Part shown: one piece after another, positions 1-12,055 of the stretch
How the letters are laid out: each line of letters opens with the position of its first letter
Numbering within the stretch: position 1 is the first letter of the stretch
DNA from: Lophium mytilinum
Taxonomy: Eukaryota
Direction: 5' to 3'
Length of the DNA: 64,000 bases
Assembly: GCA_010093605.1 (NCBI GenBank)
Contig: MU004184.1
Coordinates: forward strand, 2,405,737 to 2,469,736
Notes under the pieces: generated by a model
What the model was told of the DNA's origin: nothing
Database searches by the model: none
The model's input: the letters and a program-made list of their open reading frames with translations, nothing else
Made by a program: the position numbers and the translations under genes

Positions 1-3000
1 CTAATAGAAGATTAGTTTCTAGATACTTCTTTAAAATAAGGTTAAGAGGAAATTTAGAGTAAAATAGTTTAGTCTATTTAAGATTATTACTACTTATCCT
101 CTTAGTATCTATATACTTTAAACGCCTACTAATTAAGTATTAAAGAACCTTATTTATAGTAATAGGTTAGTAAATGCACGCATTAATACTTATATAAAGT
201 TTTAGAACTAAAAAGACCCTAAATATAGCTTAAAATATTCTAATAATATATTAGAAGATAACTAAGTACTTTAGAACTAAGAGGATTTTAATAACGCTAA
301 TAAAGAGTATGCTACATATTAAGAAGAAGTTAAACCTAGTAATAATACTATTATAGATGTATTAGATATAGATAACGCTAATAGAAAGCTATAGTTTAAG
401 TTTACTATAATTTCTAAAGTAGAATAGAATTAGAAGATTACTAAGTATTAATTAAAATAGCAGCATAAGGGCGTAGAGCTCTTCTAGAAAGAAGAGAAGA
501 ATACTTAGAAACCGCCTAAACTAAAGCTATATTAAATACTAAGAGATTTTAAAGAGAGAGTTCTTAAAAGAGACTAACGGGCTACTAAGAAAAAGAGACC
601 TAAGAAGGGTTAATTAACTATTATACTAGCATAGGTTACTAGCTTTATAGTTATATAATATAAAAATGCAGGTAAAACTACTATAAATACTTATTAGAAA
701 GTTTATATATATAAGCTAGAGATAAGTTAAGATAAGCTTAATATTCTACAGGGAACTAGTAATTATACAGCACCTATAGAATAACCTAATAATATATTAG
801 TACTAGCTATAGATACTAATAATAGAAAGCTATTAAGATTAGCTTAAGATAGTAATAGAATACCTAAGAGTATAAATACTACTACCTAATTACCTAATAC
901 TATATACTAAGATAATAATAAGTATAATAGAGATACTATTATTATATAGCTAAGGGGTAATACTATTATTTAAACTAATAATACTACAGAGCTGCAGAAT
1001 AAAAAAATTAACTTAAGAGCTAAGGATACTAAAATGCGCATAAATAATAAGTCCTTAGATAAAAATACTAACTCTAATATTTAATTAGAGAGCTCCTCTA
1101 GTAGTAATACTAGTATAATAGATATTAAAGATAATAAGAATACTAGTAGTAATTATAAGTTAGATTTAAATAGTAATTTTAATACACCTATAATATAACC
1201 TACCTAAGCTCTTAATATAGAGTTATATAAAAGAAAGTATAAAAGAGCTTAAATAGCACTTCTATTCTAAGCTAATAGAGTATTAGAAGAACTCTATATA
1301 TTTATTATCTAGATTTTCTTTATTAATTTAGATTTAAGCGTTTAATTCTTTATTATTACTTATTTAGCTATATTTTATCTTTAGAGAATTAAAAAGATAA
1401 TAAATTTAAGAACCTATATTAGAGATTAACTAAGCTAAGCTTATACTTTTATTATACTTAACCCTTCTTATATCTAGAAGGGGAGGGAAAATTAATACTT
1501 TTCTATTAATACTAGCTAAGCTAATATACTCTTAGTTCTTCTAGATAGCTATTCTACTACTAAAACTTCTTCTACTAGGACTTCTATAGCTACTACTACT
1601 ACTAGAATAGCTATTATTATCCTTCTAAGGCTATTTTAGAGCAGCGCTCTAAGTTAATATATTTTAACTATACTTACTAGCCCTATTCTCCTAGAGAATA
1701 GTATTTAAAGAGTCTATCTAATACTAAGTAGATTTTAGAGGGGTCTCTCTAGTAGAGTTATTATTATTACTAATAGATAACTAGAATAAGCGGCGGCTTA
1801 ATAGTATATTAGAAGTAGGCTCTTAAAAGCGCTATAGAGAACCTAAAGAAAAATAATAAAAAGTTAAAGAAGTTAGAGAAGTTAAAGGCTAAGTAGAAGA
1901 GGTTAGAAAGTATTACCTTAGACTTTAAGTACTAGAACCTAAAGTAGCTATATTTTCTAAACCTAATACAGCTATAGATAATTACTAAAAGCTAGATCTT
2001 AAACTAGAAGCCTAAGTAGAAGTACTACTAGAGCTCTATAGGTAATATTAAGCTATTAAAGATTTAGAAGTATAAGAAATATCTAGATTATATAGTAGTA
2101 TAGTAGTTTTTTTTTAAATTAATTCTATTAGTAGCTATATAGCTAAGGCTAAGTATACTATATTTTTAGCTAGGTTTTTAAGAGATTCTTAGTCGCGAAG
2201 AGAAGATATAAACTTAGTAATATTATAGTAACCTTATTAAATATAAGCCCTAGTAGTCTTTTAATAAGCTATTAAAGTCTACCCTTCTATAATAGGTATT
2301 AGCTAAGTTTTAAGATACTCTAAAAGTAAAGCTAAACTTACCTTAGAATAAATAAGTCCTCTTACTACCCTACTAATAATATTCTATATAAAATCCTTAG
2401 TAGAGAGAAGAACTATCTAAATTATAAGCCTAAATATATTTACTAAACTAATAGCCTTCTAAGAATATTCTTAAGTAGTAGTTGCAGGCCCTATAGATAG
2501 AAGAAGCCCTAGAATTCTTACTATAATCTACTCTTAAGCCTAAATACTATTTAAGAAGCCCTATAAAGTATAAAGTATAGCTATAGTTCTTATTTAAAAT
2601 TAGTTTATTATTTCTAATATTACTAAGAAACTCTTAAAGTAGTATATTCCTCTAAACTCTACTACTGCCTTTAAACTTTAGAAGGTATTTAGCATAGTTT
2701 AGATAATTAAAAGCTATAGTATAGTATTAGAAGGCTTAAGAAAGTAGAATAGAGTTATTAAAGGCTATTAGCTATATATAGTATAGATTATAGAACCTCT
2801 AAACTATTAAAAGGTTAATAATTAATATAAGTATAATAGTAACTAGATCTTATTAGCTTTATTAAAAGAAAAAGCTAAACTATTATTAAAAACTTACTAT
2901 AGGCCTATAAGGCTTTATAGACTAAAATACCTAAGAATTTATAAAAGCGCGGAACCTTATAACTATAGCTAGGGTCTAAAGAATTATTATCTCTATCTCT

Positions 3001-4140
3001 ACCTCTTTCTAAATAAAGTAAGCTAGAGGCTATAGAACCTAGCTAGGTATTAAGTAATATTATAACGCTAATTTAGAGTAAAAAAAAGTAGCCTAGAAGC
3101 TAAGAGAGAGAAAGTTCTAATAAAAGAATTAATAAAGAAAGATAATAGTAATAAGAAGAGAAGCTATAAGAGTCTTTAATAAACCTTTAAAGTTAAGAGA
3201 AGCTTAAACCTTAAAAAAGAAAGTTAAGTATAGAAGAAAGAGTATAAGAGTATTAAAAAGGCCTTATATATACTTTAGATTCTTAAATCTATTACTTCTA
3301 GATTACTACTTACTACTCTATAACGCACTAATAGCTTCTTAGACCTATATAAGATTATAAGCTTCTTACTAAATTATAAGGAACTTTATAAAATCTCTAA
3401 TAAGCCTATTATTAGCTATTATAGCTCTAATTATATATTAGAACCTAATATATGCTAGCATACTAATATTTATATTACCTTATAATTCCCTCTATTATAA
3501 ATACTTTATAATCTCTTTTAATTCTTTCTTACTATTAAGCTATTAAATATTCTAATACCTCTATTATTTTCTACTAATATAGTAGTAGACCTCTAAAGAA
3601 TTCTAAACCCCTCTTAGATAATATTACTATAATATTACTACCTACTAACGCACCTTTTATAGTATTATATACCCCTAGAAGCTTTAAAGCTTCTAAAAAA
3701 GCTAATAGCCTAATATACTAATAATGCATAGTATAAAGTAGTAAGCGCAACGTGCTATTATAAATATAATTTAATAGTAAATTAGATCTAGAAGAAAAGA
3801 ATATAGAATTCTTAATATATAGTTAATATTTAGATATTATATATATAATATATAAATCTACTATAGAAATACTTTTCTATATAGATCTAGTATAATTAAA
3901 ATCTATATAGGCCTTTCTAATATATATATAGCCTAGCTAGATTTCTATATAGAATTAATATCTATTATTCTCTAAATTCTTATATTATATAATTAGAAAT
4001 ATTATATTTATTCTATATAGGTTCCCTAATAAAAATATAGATATAGGTATAATAAATATACTAGTTTATTAAAGAATACTATAATATAGATTATTATTCT
4101 ATCTATAGTGTAACATTAGAGTAATAAGATGTTAAATATA
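1..4140. mobile_element. RIP-degraded transposable-element block (AT-rich, no ORFs)
   Basis: Strongly AT-rich and saturated with TpA (tag/taa/cta), with almost no CpA/TpG. No ORF >=60 aa in the track. Abrupt return to normal composition at about 4140. This is the classic repeat-induced point mutation signature; the element class cannot be read. Confidence 0.85.
3756..4115. repeat. Probable LTR of a retrotransposon (RIP-mutated)
   Basis: The segment ends in TGTAACA (4109-4115) at the edge of the RIP block. It begins TATTATA (3756-3762), the RIP product of TGTTACA, giving TG..CA inverted ends over 360 bp. No matching TSD and no second copy seen. Confidence 0.45.
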
Positions 4141-4728
4141 GAAGGAAAATTGGCATTTTGTACACGAGATTGTCGATGCGCTAGATGCCTAGCGGCGGAG
4201 ATAGGATTTAGTAACGGTAGCTCATGAAGTTTGTCGTTAGCGCCATTGCCACTCTAGTGCTGGGATAAATAAGGCAAAAAGAGCAGTGAGATGATCCCAA
4301 ATTAAACCGAGAGCCGACGAAGCACGTTATTGCGGTCGAAAGAAGGAGCCTCTCCGTCTGGGTCCTCGACTGCTTCGGGAAACCGTGGCATACTAGGAAA
4401 TGGCCCACCCTCAAGCGAAAGATCGGTTGAGGTGCCGAAATGACAGATGGAAGAACATTGTGGCTGGTGAATGGAAGATGTAAGTCGAATGTGTAGAGCA
4501 GCGTCAGCGAAACTCGAAAACAATTCTTGTGAAGCATTCAAGCTGACTAGTGCATCCCTAGGCGCTCATATTTGAACCACATACGGTTCATCGTTCCTCG
4601 TCTACTAGACTCTTCCTCCTTACCCCAGACAAAACCACCGCACACCCCAATCATTACTCGTCCACCACGTCTTTGTAGAACTCTCCTGCTACGGGAACCC
4701 GATTCAGCCAATAAGAAGAATTACAGTA

Positions 4729-5847
4729 ATGTCGCAGCGCCAGGCTACCTCAAACAAGAATGCTACCAAGCCGGGAAAGGAATGCGCATCTGCAGCATCT
4801 CGAGTTCTACACATTCCCGAGCTAGCGGAGATGATATTCAACGAACTTGGCGACACGACTGACCTTCGCCATTGTGCTATGGTGTGCAGGCAGTGGAAAG
4901 AAATCGTGTCAACCAGCCCAACTCTCCGGCGCCGTATGACTACGTGGTGGCCGGATGGACCACGGGATACATCTCTGATCAATGGCGACTTGTGGAACTT
5001 CTATTATGTCCGCGATCTAACGTTCCACGAGAAGAAGGGAGCGAATACCGCAAACTGCCGGGCCTGGCACGACATCGGTCGCTCTTGGGCTGCCGCTCCG
5101 TTGTACCAACACTCTATTCTCAAGGACAAGAAGTTCAGCGCTTCCGATATATCTATGTGCGTCACGTCGCGGCACAAACGCACTTTCTACCTCTCGTTCA
5201 AACACGATCTCAATGAGCCATTCTTGTCCAGGGGATTCGAATGCGAGACGGCAACCTGCCGTGATTTGCTAATCGCGGCGCCCGCGCCCTTGATCGTAGA
5301 GGTGCGATGCACGTTCTCGAACATCTCCAACTCCTGGGACTTGAAAGCCACGATCTCGAACGCCAACGGTGTCCAGATCGGGGATACGCTCGACTGCTTT
5401 CGCGACCTGGAAGCCCTCGCCAAGCTAGCTAACCGCATGGAGTCGAAGATCAATATCCTCCTTATCATTGGGGGATTGCTACCCTCCCCGGTACAGACCT
5501 TGATCTTCGGCCTCTGGCTTGCGCGCATGGGCTCGAAGTTGCTCATCTTCACGTTCCTCCTGCGGGCAATTGGAGGAAGCCGTCCGCTCTTCGGGCTCCA
5601 ACTCATGTCCCTCTTGCTAGAGCAGGCTCGAGCTGTCGCCAAGGTTTTGCGTCTGCGGTTTGGCCGGAACAAGATCCAATTTCGCGATGGCTATTTGTGG
5701 GGAGTCTTGCCAGCCCTTCCAGGGCTGTTACTCATCGCTGGTGGACCCTTGGGACTATTCTTCTTCGCTAACATGTTTGGCAACATTCTTGTCGCAGCAG
5801 CGGACGCGCTCAGGCTACTTGGCATTCGTGAGAACTCATGGGCTTGA
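4729..5847 (+). CDS. F-box-like protein with hydrophobic (putative membrane) C-terminus, copy 1, intact
   Basis: 372-aa ORF with N-terminal VLHIPELAEMIFNEL..DLRHCAMVCRQWKEIV, an F-box-type motif. Hydrophobic stretches after about aa 240. Paralogous to the genes at 6581 and 12055. Confidence 0.8.
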   Translation: MSQRQATSNKNATKPGKECASAASRVLHIPELAEMIFNELGDTTDLRHCAMVCRQWKEIVSTSPTLRRRMTTWWPDGPRDTSLINGDLWNFYYVRDLTFHEKKGANTANCRAWHDIGRSWAAAPLYQHSILKDKKFSASDISMCVTSRHKRTFYLSFKHDLNEPFLSRGFECETATCRDLLIAAPAPLIVEVRCTFSNISNSWDLKATISNANGVQIGDTLDCFRDLEALAKLANRMESKINILLIIGGLLPSPVQTLIFGLWLARMGSKLLIFTFLLRAIGGSRPLFGLQLMSLLLEQARAVAKVLRLRFGRNKIQFRDGYLWGVLPALPGLLLIAGGPLGLFFFANMFGNILVAAADALRLLGIRENSWA

Positions 5848-6580
5848 TCTGTAGGCCGCTCTGGCGACGAGGAAGAGGCGTTATGGTCTATAAACTTCCC
5901 TTCTAGGTAGCTACGACCTAGTTTGTGGTGCTACAGATCCAATGCTAAATACTTAAGACTTGGTTTCGGTGCTACAAGTCAGGGCATATTGGTATCTAAC
6001 GGTCTCGGTTGGACGTGATATTGTCTTTGGTGCGTTTGAGCCTCAGGCTAACTTGAACGTTTGTGAATTTCGTGAGCCAAACTACCCAAAGCACGCTCAA
6101 TGGTTAATTGCTTGATTGATATAGAGCTGAGGAAGCGGCGCAATCTGGTCAGTTATTCGATAACGAATGTACAGAGCTTGCTATAGATCTAGCAAGGCTT
6201 CTACACGTCTATACATCTAGTTCAACGGCGGCTCAATCCTTACATATGTAAGCGTAGAAGCCGAGAGTTCTTCTATCACGCATCACGATCAGGATTCTTT
6301 AGAAGAGACTGTGTATTGAGTTTCCTTTCTTTCTTTGACTGGGGTGGAGGGGCATAGCTGAAGATTTCATTCACTCAAAACTCTCGACACAAGACGGCCA
6401 GAGAGCCACATATTCACCATTAACTACCGCACTCTACAGCACATAAGAAACCCTGCTTTGGATGCATCTTTCTCCAAATCTTTTCCCCGCAATCAACCTC
6501 TAACACCCCCGCACACTACCGCCCGCCCGACAGGTATTTCTACCACCAGCCACTAAAGTAGACAACAACTCCTCTTCAAC

Positions 6581-7736
6581 ATGGCACCTTTCTTTCCCGG
6601 CAACCTGTTAAAACCCTCCAAGAAGGAAAGTCAGCCTTCTGATCAGGCAGTCGTACCTGCAGTGGGCCAAGTTCTACACACTCCAGAGCTTGCCGAGATG
6701 ATATTCTCCGAACTCGATAACCGCTCCGACATACTCCGATACCATGAGGTGTGCAAGCAATGGAGGAAAATCATTGACACTCGTCCGAAGTTGTCGTGCA
6801 TGCTCTAAAGAAGCATGCCCAAGCGCTACAACTGCCCAGAAAAACCGCAGCTACGCGACCTGACCGATCGAGAAAAGGAGGTACGTATCACGCTGGCATC
6901 GAATGGTGGCACGGCGATAAAGCCCCCGATGCCTCTGCGATGCTATAAACTACCGTTTCTTTGGAACCACTGGAAACTTCTCATGCTGGAGTGTGCCTAA
7001 GGACTCGCATACATTTTATCTCTCCTTCGTCCAAGACCTGCACGACCCTACCTTAGCCCGGGGTTACCGATATGAAAAAGCATCCTGCCGCAATATGCTT
7101 CTCGCGTTCCCACCACCCACGACAGCGATCATTCGATCAGCGCACTTAAGATGTTCTCGTGTTGCCCCTCGTTTCTTGCACTGGACGGCGCAGTCGACAG
7201 ACCAATTTTTCCAAGCCGAAGTCAACAACCCAGACGAGATTCGAGTTGGCGAAATTCTCGACTGCATATACAATTCGGAGAAGATGGCTAAATACACCAT
7301 CTGGGCTCAGTGGAATATCGGAATCTTCATGTCCTTGATGTTCGGGCCCGGCCTCCTCCGGTGCGGCTTTAGTCTCCTCGCCTACCAGCTTCTCCATACG
7401 ACTCCCAAGACCTGGCTCTCTACCTTCTACTCCATGTTGGGCTTTGTCGAGCTCTGCAACTTCATTGTAGTCACTCTCTCGCCCTATAGGTGGGTCCGGC
7501 TAGAGAGCTCTTATCGCTGGAATGTGGCTTTATATAGCTATGTGTACTTCGATTGGGTGTATCTCCAAGTCATCCTCCCGCCTATCCAGGTGGTGATTCA
7601 TGCCCACATGTGGTGCCATGGAAAAGTATCCAAGCAAAACGAAGCTAAGGCGCGGAATTTTACATCCTTGGAAGTCAGCGGTGGAGCTTTATCACTCTTT
7701 CGAATGGTTCATAACCATACCCTGTGGCACGCTTAA
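6581..7736 (+). pseudogene. F-box-like/membrane protein copy 2, interrupted
   Basis: VLHTPELAEMIFSEL..VCKQWRKII, then an in-frame TAA at 6806-6808. The frame continues (6815-7000) and changes frame near 6990 into TFYLSFVQDL..ASCRNML..NPDEIRVGEILDC, matching copy 1. An intron starting at GTACGT (6881) could explain the frame change but not the stop. Confidence 0.65.
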
Positions 7737-8615
7737 GGAATACCGTAGCGAGAATAAATCCATAGTCTATAATCGAATGATTACATCTGTAGCTAGTACT
7801 TGATTTTGAAAAGATCATGTCTGCACTAGAGGTAAGATGTACCTAAAATTGCACGTCTAGCGGCGTGACTTGATACTATTTGGTTTGCATAATGATTCCA
7901 TTAAAGTGGCACACCCACGGATGGAAAGAAACTTATCGACATCACGATCAAGACATGAATACTTATTATCTCACTATTGTTTACACGCCTACAGATTACC
8001 GAAGACATTCACCTCATCGTTTCGGAAGTTAGCACCAACTTAAAAGACGAGGGAAACCCCAAGGGAGGCTAGCCGGCAATTGAGGCAATGTTCGCCTTGG
8101 CTACATACGCAGCAATCTAAAACTTAGGCGTTTCTTTACATACCCACATTGGCTTCTGAAACTCCTTCTTTTCTTTACGTCTTTCGTCTGCATTTCATGG
8201 TCTATTTCTTTTAATCGTGTACCAGTTAATGTTTTTGTACTGTCTCACATATTGCACTCCGACATCATCCACGTTTCCACTCCTCGATATACGTGAAATA
8301 CCACCTACCAGTTGCATCGAGCGGACGACTAAAAGAACCTCCACTATGTTGCCATTGGAGAGCAATTGACAGTCATTATAAAGAAATAAAAGACGAGTAT
8401 AGTCTATGTAAGACCTGCTGTAGTCAAGTATTCTTCAATTCACACTTGAAGGCTTCAATGCCTGCTTTCACTTTTGAGCCTGCAGTCATTTCTTAGATTC
8501 ACTTTCAGTTCTTCTTAGTTTTTTCAAGTCCTTATAACAATGCTTCCATTTTCAACACTCTGTCACTCACACCAACCTCCTGAACACCCGGCTAAATTCC
8601 ACCCCCACCCCCACC

Positions 8616-9191
8616 ATGGCCCTCCGGTTTACCTATCCGCTCAATAAACCCCCCCAATTCGACAAGGAGGTCCTGGGAAAGTACAACGACGGATGCCCCA
8701 TCTGCCTCCGCCCGTTCTCCACCCACGACATGGCCATCCAGATCATCGACCCACGATGTTATCATGTGTTCGGCCATGACTGCCTCGATACTTGGGTCCA
8801 AGCCCGTCCTACCTGCCCGCTTTGCAGACTCAATCTGCTCCCAGCTCCAGTGCTGGTTGCCGCGCTCCCTGTTCCACGTCGGACGCTGAAGGAGATCTGG
8901 AAGAAGCACGAGGACACTGCGAGCAGGGTTGCATTCCTGCTCGCCTGGATGCTGGTACTGTATGTCCTTCCCTCACTTCTTTGCCTTACGGGGCTGGGGC
9001 GTGCTTACATTATCATGCTCGAGATGCTGGCGGTCTCGGCTGTGATGTTTGTATATTTAGGGCCTTGGGTCACTGCTGCTTTGCTCTTGGCAGTGTGTAA
9101 CCCTTGGACTATGATAGCGTTCTTGTGCTGGATGTGTTGGGATGGACCGGTTACTGTGTGGGAGGGCTCAACTACGGTGCATCAACCATAA
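8616..9191 (+). CDS. RING-finger protein with C-terminal transmembrane segments (putative E3 ligase)
   Basis: CPIC..CYHVFGHDCLDTW..TCPLCR RING-type motif followed by strongly hydrophobic helices; 191-aa ORF. Confidence 0.8.
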   Translation: MALRFTYPLNKPPQFDKEVLGKYNDGCPICLRPFSTHDMAIQIIDPRCYHVFGHDCLDTWVQARPTCPLCRLNLLPAPVLVAALPVPRRTLKEIWKKHEDTASRVAFLLAWMLVLYVLPSLLCLTGLGRAYIIMLEMLAVSAVMFVYLGPWVTAALLLAVCNPWTMIAFLCWMCWDGPVTVWEGSTTVHQP

Positions 9192-10780
9192 GGTTGCGTT
9201 AGAGAGATTGAGGATCAGTCCGTGCGTGGCATGTCCTGAAGCTATATACGTTCCTGCCGGTTAGCGTTGACAGCTATGATTTTCTGGGCAGCACTTTTGA
9301 TCCTTGTCCTTAGGATAGATGGGAGGACTGGAACGAAAATAGGATGGTTTAGGCCGTTGTGAGTTCTGCTGGAATGCTAGAGGGATGGTTCGATGCACGA
9401 GGATGTCGAGCTTAAGCTCGAATAAGACTGATCATCACGTAAAGTGACTTCCGAGTTGGAGTCGCGAGCGACGTCTATGCTATATGCTTCGATGGTTGCT
9501 CTGACCATTTTCATTTCAGGGGCGTTTTGGAGGTCAGCATTCTTAGCATAGACCACAAGTGAAGAGGGAGGGCGTAGGATATGGACTCGTGTAAGTCCCT
9601 GGATCGGCGTGCCTACGTTCTCCAGATATTCAAAGTCTGGGGTCTAGAGGTTAACCTCGTGCCGCTGTGAAAGGCAGGGCTTCATGTATAGCAAGACGTT
9701 TCCTAAAGCTGCAGTGAAGTGACCCATAACGAAGCCTACCTCACACGTTTACCATCCTTGAATTCTGTTAGCTGTGAAAGGTACTGCTCTCAGACTAGTG
9801 CCCTTATCTCTCCTACGTCTGATAAGCTGCATCAGACCCCTCAAATCCGTATCAAAATCTATAATCCCATCCTACTAGCTCCAGGTCGGCCTCGGCCTGA
9901 AACTCGCTCGAGTCCCCTATTTCGTGCTTGTATAAAGCGTGACTATTGAGTTGCCGCGAAACATCAAGCCAGGGTGACGGGATTCGCCTAAGGAACCGTT
10001 TCCTGAATATGGAAGGGTGAATGAGATCAAATGCCGGCTTCAGGTCCTAGTATCATGACCTCCATCAGCCAATCGACCTTACAAGAGTTGAATATAGGCC
10101 GCTAAGATACCGACTTCCTGCGTTGGTCGTGATGGGAGTTCTTCTTTCCTCGGGTGATTCCCAGTGCCATGGCTTGCTAATAAAGGGAAGCCGATAATCG
10201 GATAAAAGTGCAGTGGCTCTAACATCGCACAGGGAAATCCCTGCATGTACATGACCATCTAGCTAACGACGAGAGAGAGCCGTGCATTGGAGAGGAATGG
10301 AAGGTTATTATACCGTACAGGGTATGGATAGGGCAGAGGAGAGTATCGGAGAGGTTCAAAAAAGAATAGGAAGGAGGAGTCTAGCAGAAAAATGGACGTA
10401 AGCAGCAGTATCGATGGATAAACGATATCTGCGCAAAAGATCCAGTCTTTCACAAGCATTTTTTTCAAACTATAGGAAAGCTAAGCCCAGTTCATTTCAA
10501 GCTCTAGAACAGCATTTTACTTAACAGTATATTCTTTGCGCTGGTAATGTAGAAAGTGTAATCCCCAACTACGGATCAGTTCCCAAATTAATTTCCACCC
10601 TGAAAATTAGTATGGACAAGGCCAAAAGAAGAACTCCTGAAGCACCGAGTTCACCATTAGACATACATCTAAAGCCATACCCTAGTCGCTCGGTTGTTCA
10701 TGACCGCACATACCTCCTTTCCCAAGTTGATGTATCCACATTGTACGGCGACAGGTCATTTAGAAGCACTTCTTCCAGGA

Positions 10781-12055
10781 TTACGTCGCCTTGTACCTCC
10801 TCCGAAATGCGGTTCGAGCTTCCTCTCCAAGAATCCACGGTCCTTTCAAGGGATTTTCGAGTGCACCAGTGAAGTAGTAGTATACCGACATTATGACAAA
10901 AGTAACAATCATCTCCATCGCTCGTTCCACTTGCATGGATCCAGGTTGCCCCCGGACTTTGTATCGCCCGTAGCGGATGCTCATCATTCGACACAACGCA
11001 TAGATGAGGAACAAGTAGTAACCCCACGAGTCAAGCTGAGAGAGGTAATGCGCAGCGTACACCCAGACTTTCTGCCATTTCGCGTACGGGTTTCCGTGCG
11101 TAAGGATGTCGTACCCGTACCGGAGAGTGGAGACGTAGCCGTCGATAGTCCCACACGGGAAGGCTTTCGCGCCGTAGTACGAGCTTGGGAACTTCCTAAC
11201 GTACTTGAAGACGCGGCGGAGCTTGTGGGGGCCCATGTTGAGCAGGAATGGGACGAGTCTTGGCAGGTAGATGGCAGCGAGAGCGGTGCCGATGTTCCAT
11301 TCAAGAGTTTTTGCTAGGTTCGCGAGCTCTTCCATATCGCGGAGGCAGTCGAGAAGGTCTCCTATATGGACGCCGTCCGGATTTGAGATTTTGGCGGTCA
11401 TGTCCCACTCTCGTGATCGAGCGGTCATGTGCCAGAAGCGAGTGCCCCGGGTAGGGCTGTAGAATCGGCATCGAACGACGAGGTGGGTTCGTGTTGGGAT
11501 CATGACGAACATGTCGCGGCAGGATGCCGTCTTGCATTGAAAGCCGTGGTCCAGCAGACGCTTGGACAGGTCGTGGGCGAGAGAGATACAGATGATCTTT
11601 TCCCGAGGATGTACATACCAAGTAGTAGGAGTATCCCAAGTAGTAGCAGTATCGACGTTGCTGAACACGTGGTTGAAGTCACTCGCCCCCTCTAACAGTA
11701 TGGGACAAATATCTGCAGGCACAGGAGCTTGATAACCTGGTGCGCCAAAACCATACGCAGCCAACATCTTACGGACGATCTTCGGAGAAGCGAGTCGCAT
11801 AGTAGCCACTGGTTGAGTTGCAGGGTGCTGGCGTCTATCTCGCCATGTCTGTTTCCGAATAGCAGGGCTAGTATCTACAATGCTGTGCCACTACTTGCAG
11901 ACTTGGGAACACTGGATCAAGTCGCCCTGGCTGAGGTTGGAAAAGATCATCTCGACGAGTTCGGGGATGTGTAAGGCTGGCGAGGCTTCGTCTGGTAAGG
12001 GCGTGGGCTCGCTCTTGGAGAAGCTGGGGAGGATATTGACGAGGAAGTGCTTCAT
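10781..12055 (-). pseudogene. F-box-like/membrane protein copy 3 with one in-frame TAG
   Basis: ATG at 12055, then LHIPELVEMIFSNL..SQVCK*WHSIVDTSP. The TAG at 11891-11893 sits where paralogs have Q (CKQW/CRQW). The frame continues unbroken into ORF 10781-11809 (ISLAHDL..TASCRDM..ISNPDGVHIGDLLDCLRDMEELA). Confidence 0.75.

Noticed and set aside
2105..2135. Poly-T run as the 3' end of a minus-strand LINE
   Set aside because: Plausible, but no RT or endonuclease motif could be read through the RIP damage.
11618..11653. 18-bp imperfect tandem repeat (DTATTW/DTPTTW) in F-box copy 3
   Set aside because: Small in-frame slippage duplication with no further signal.
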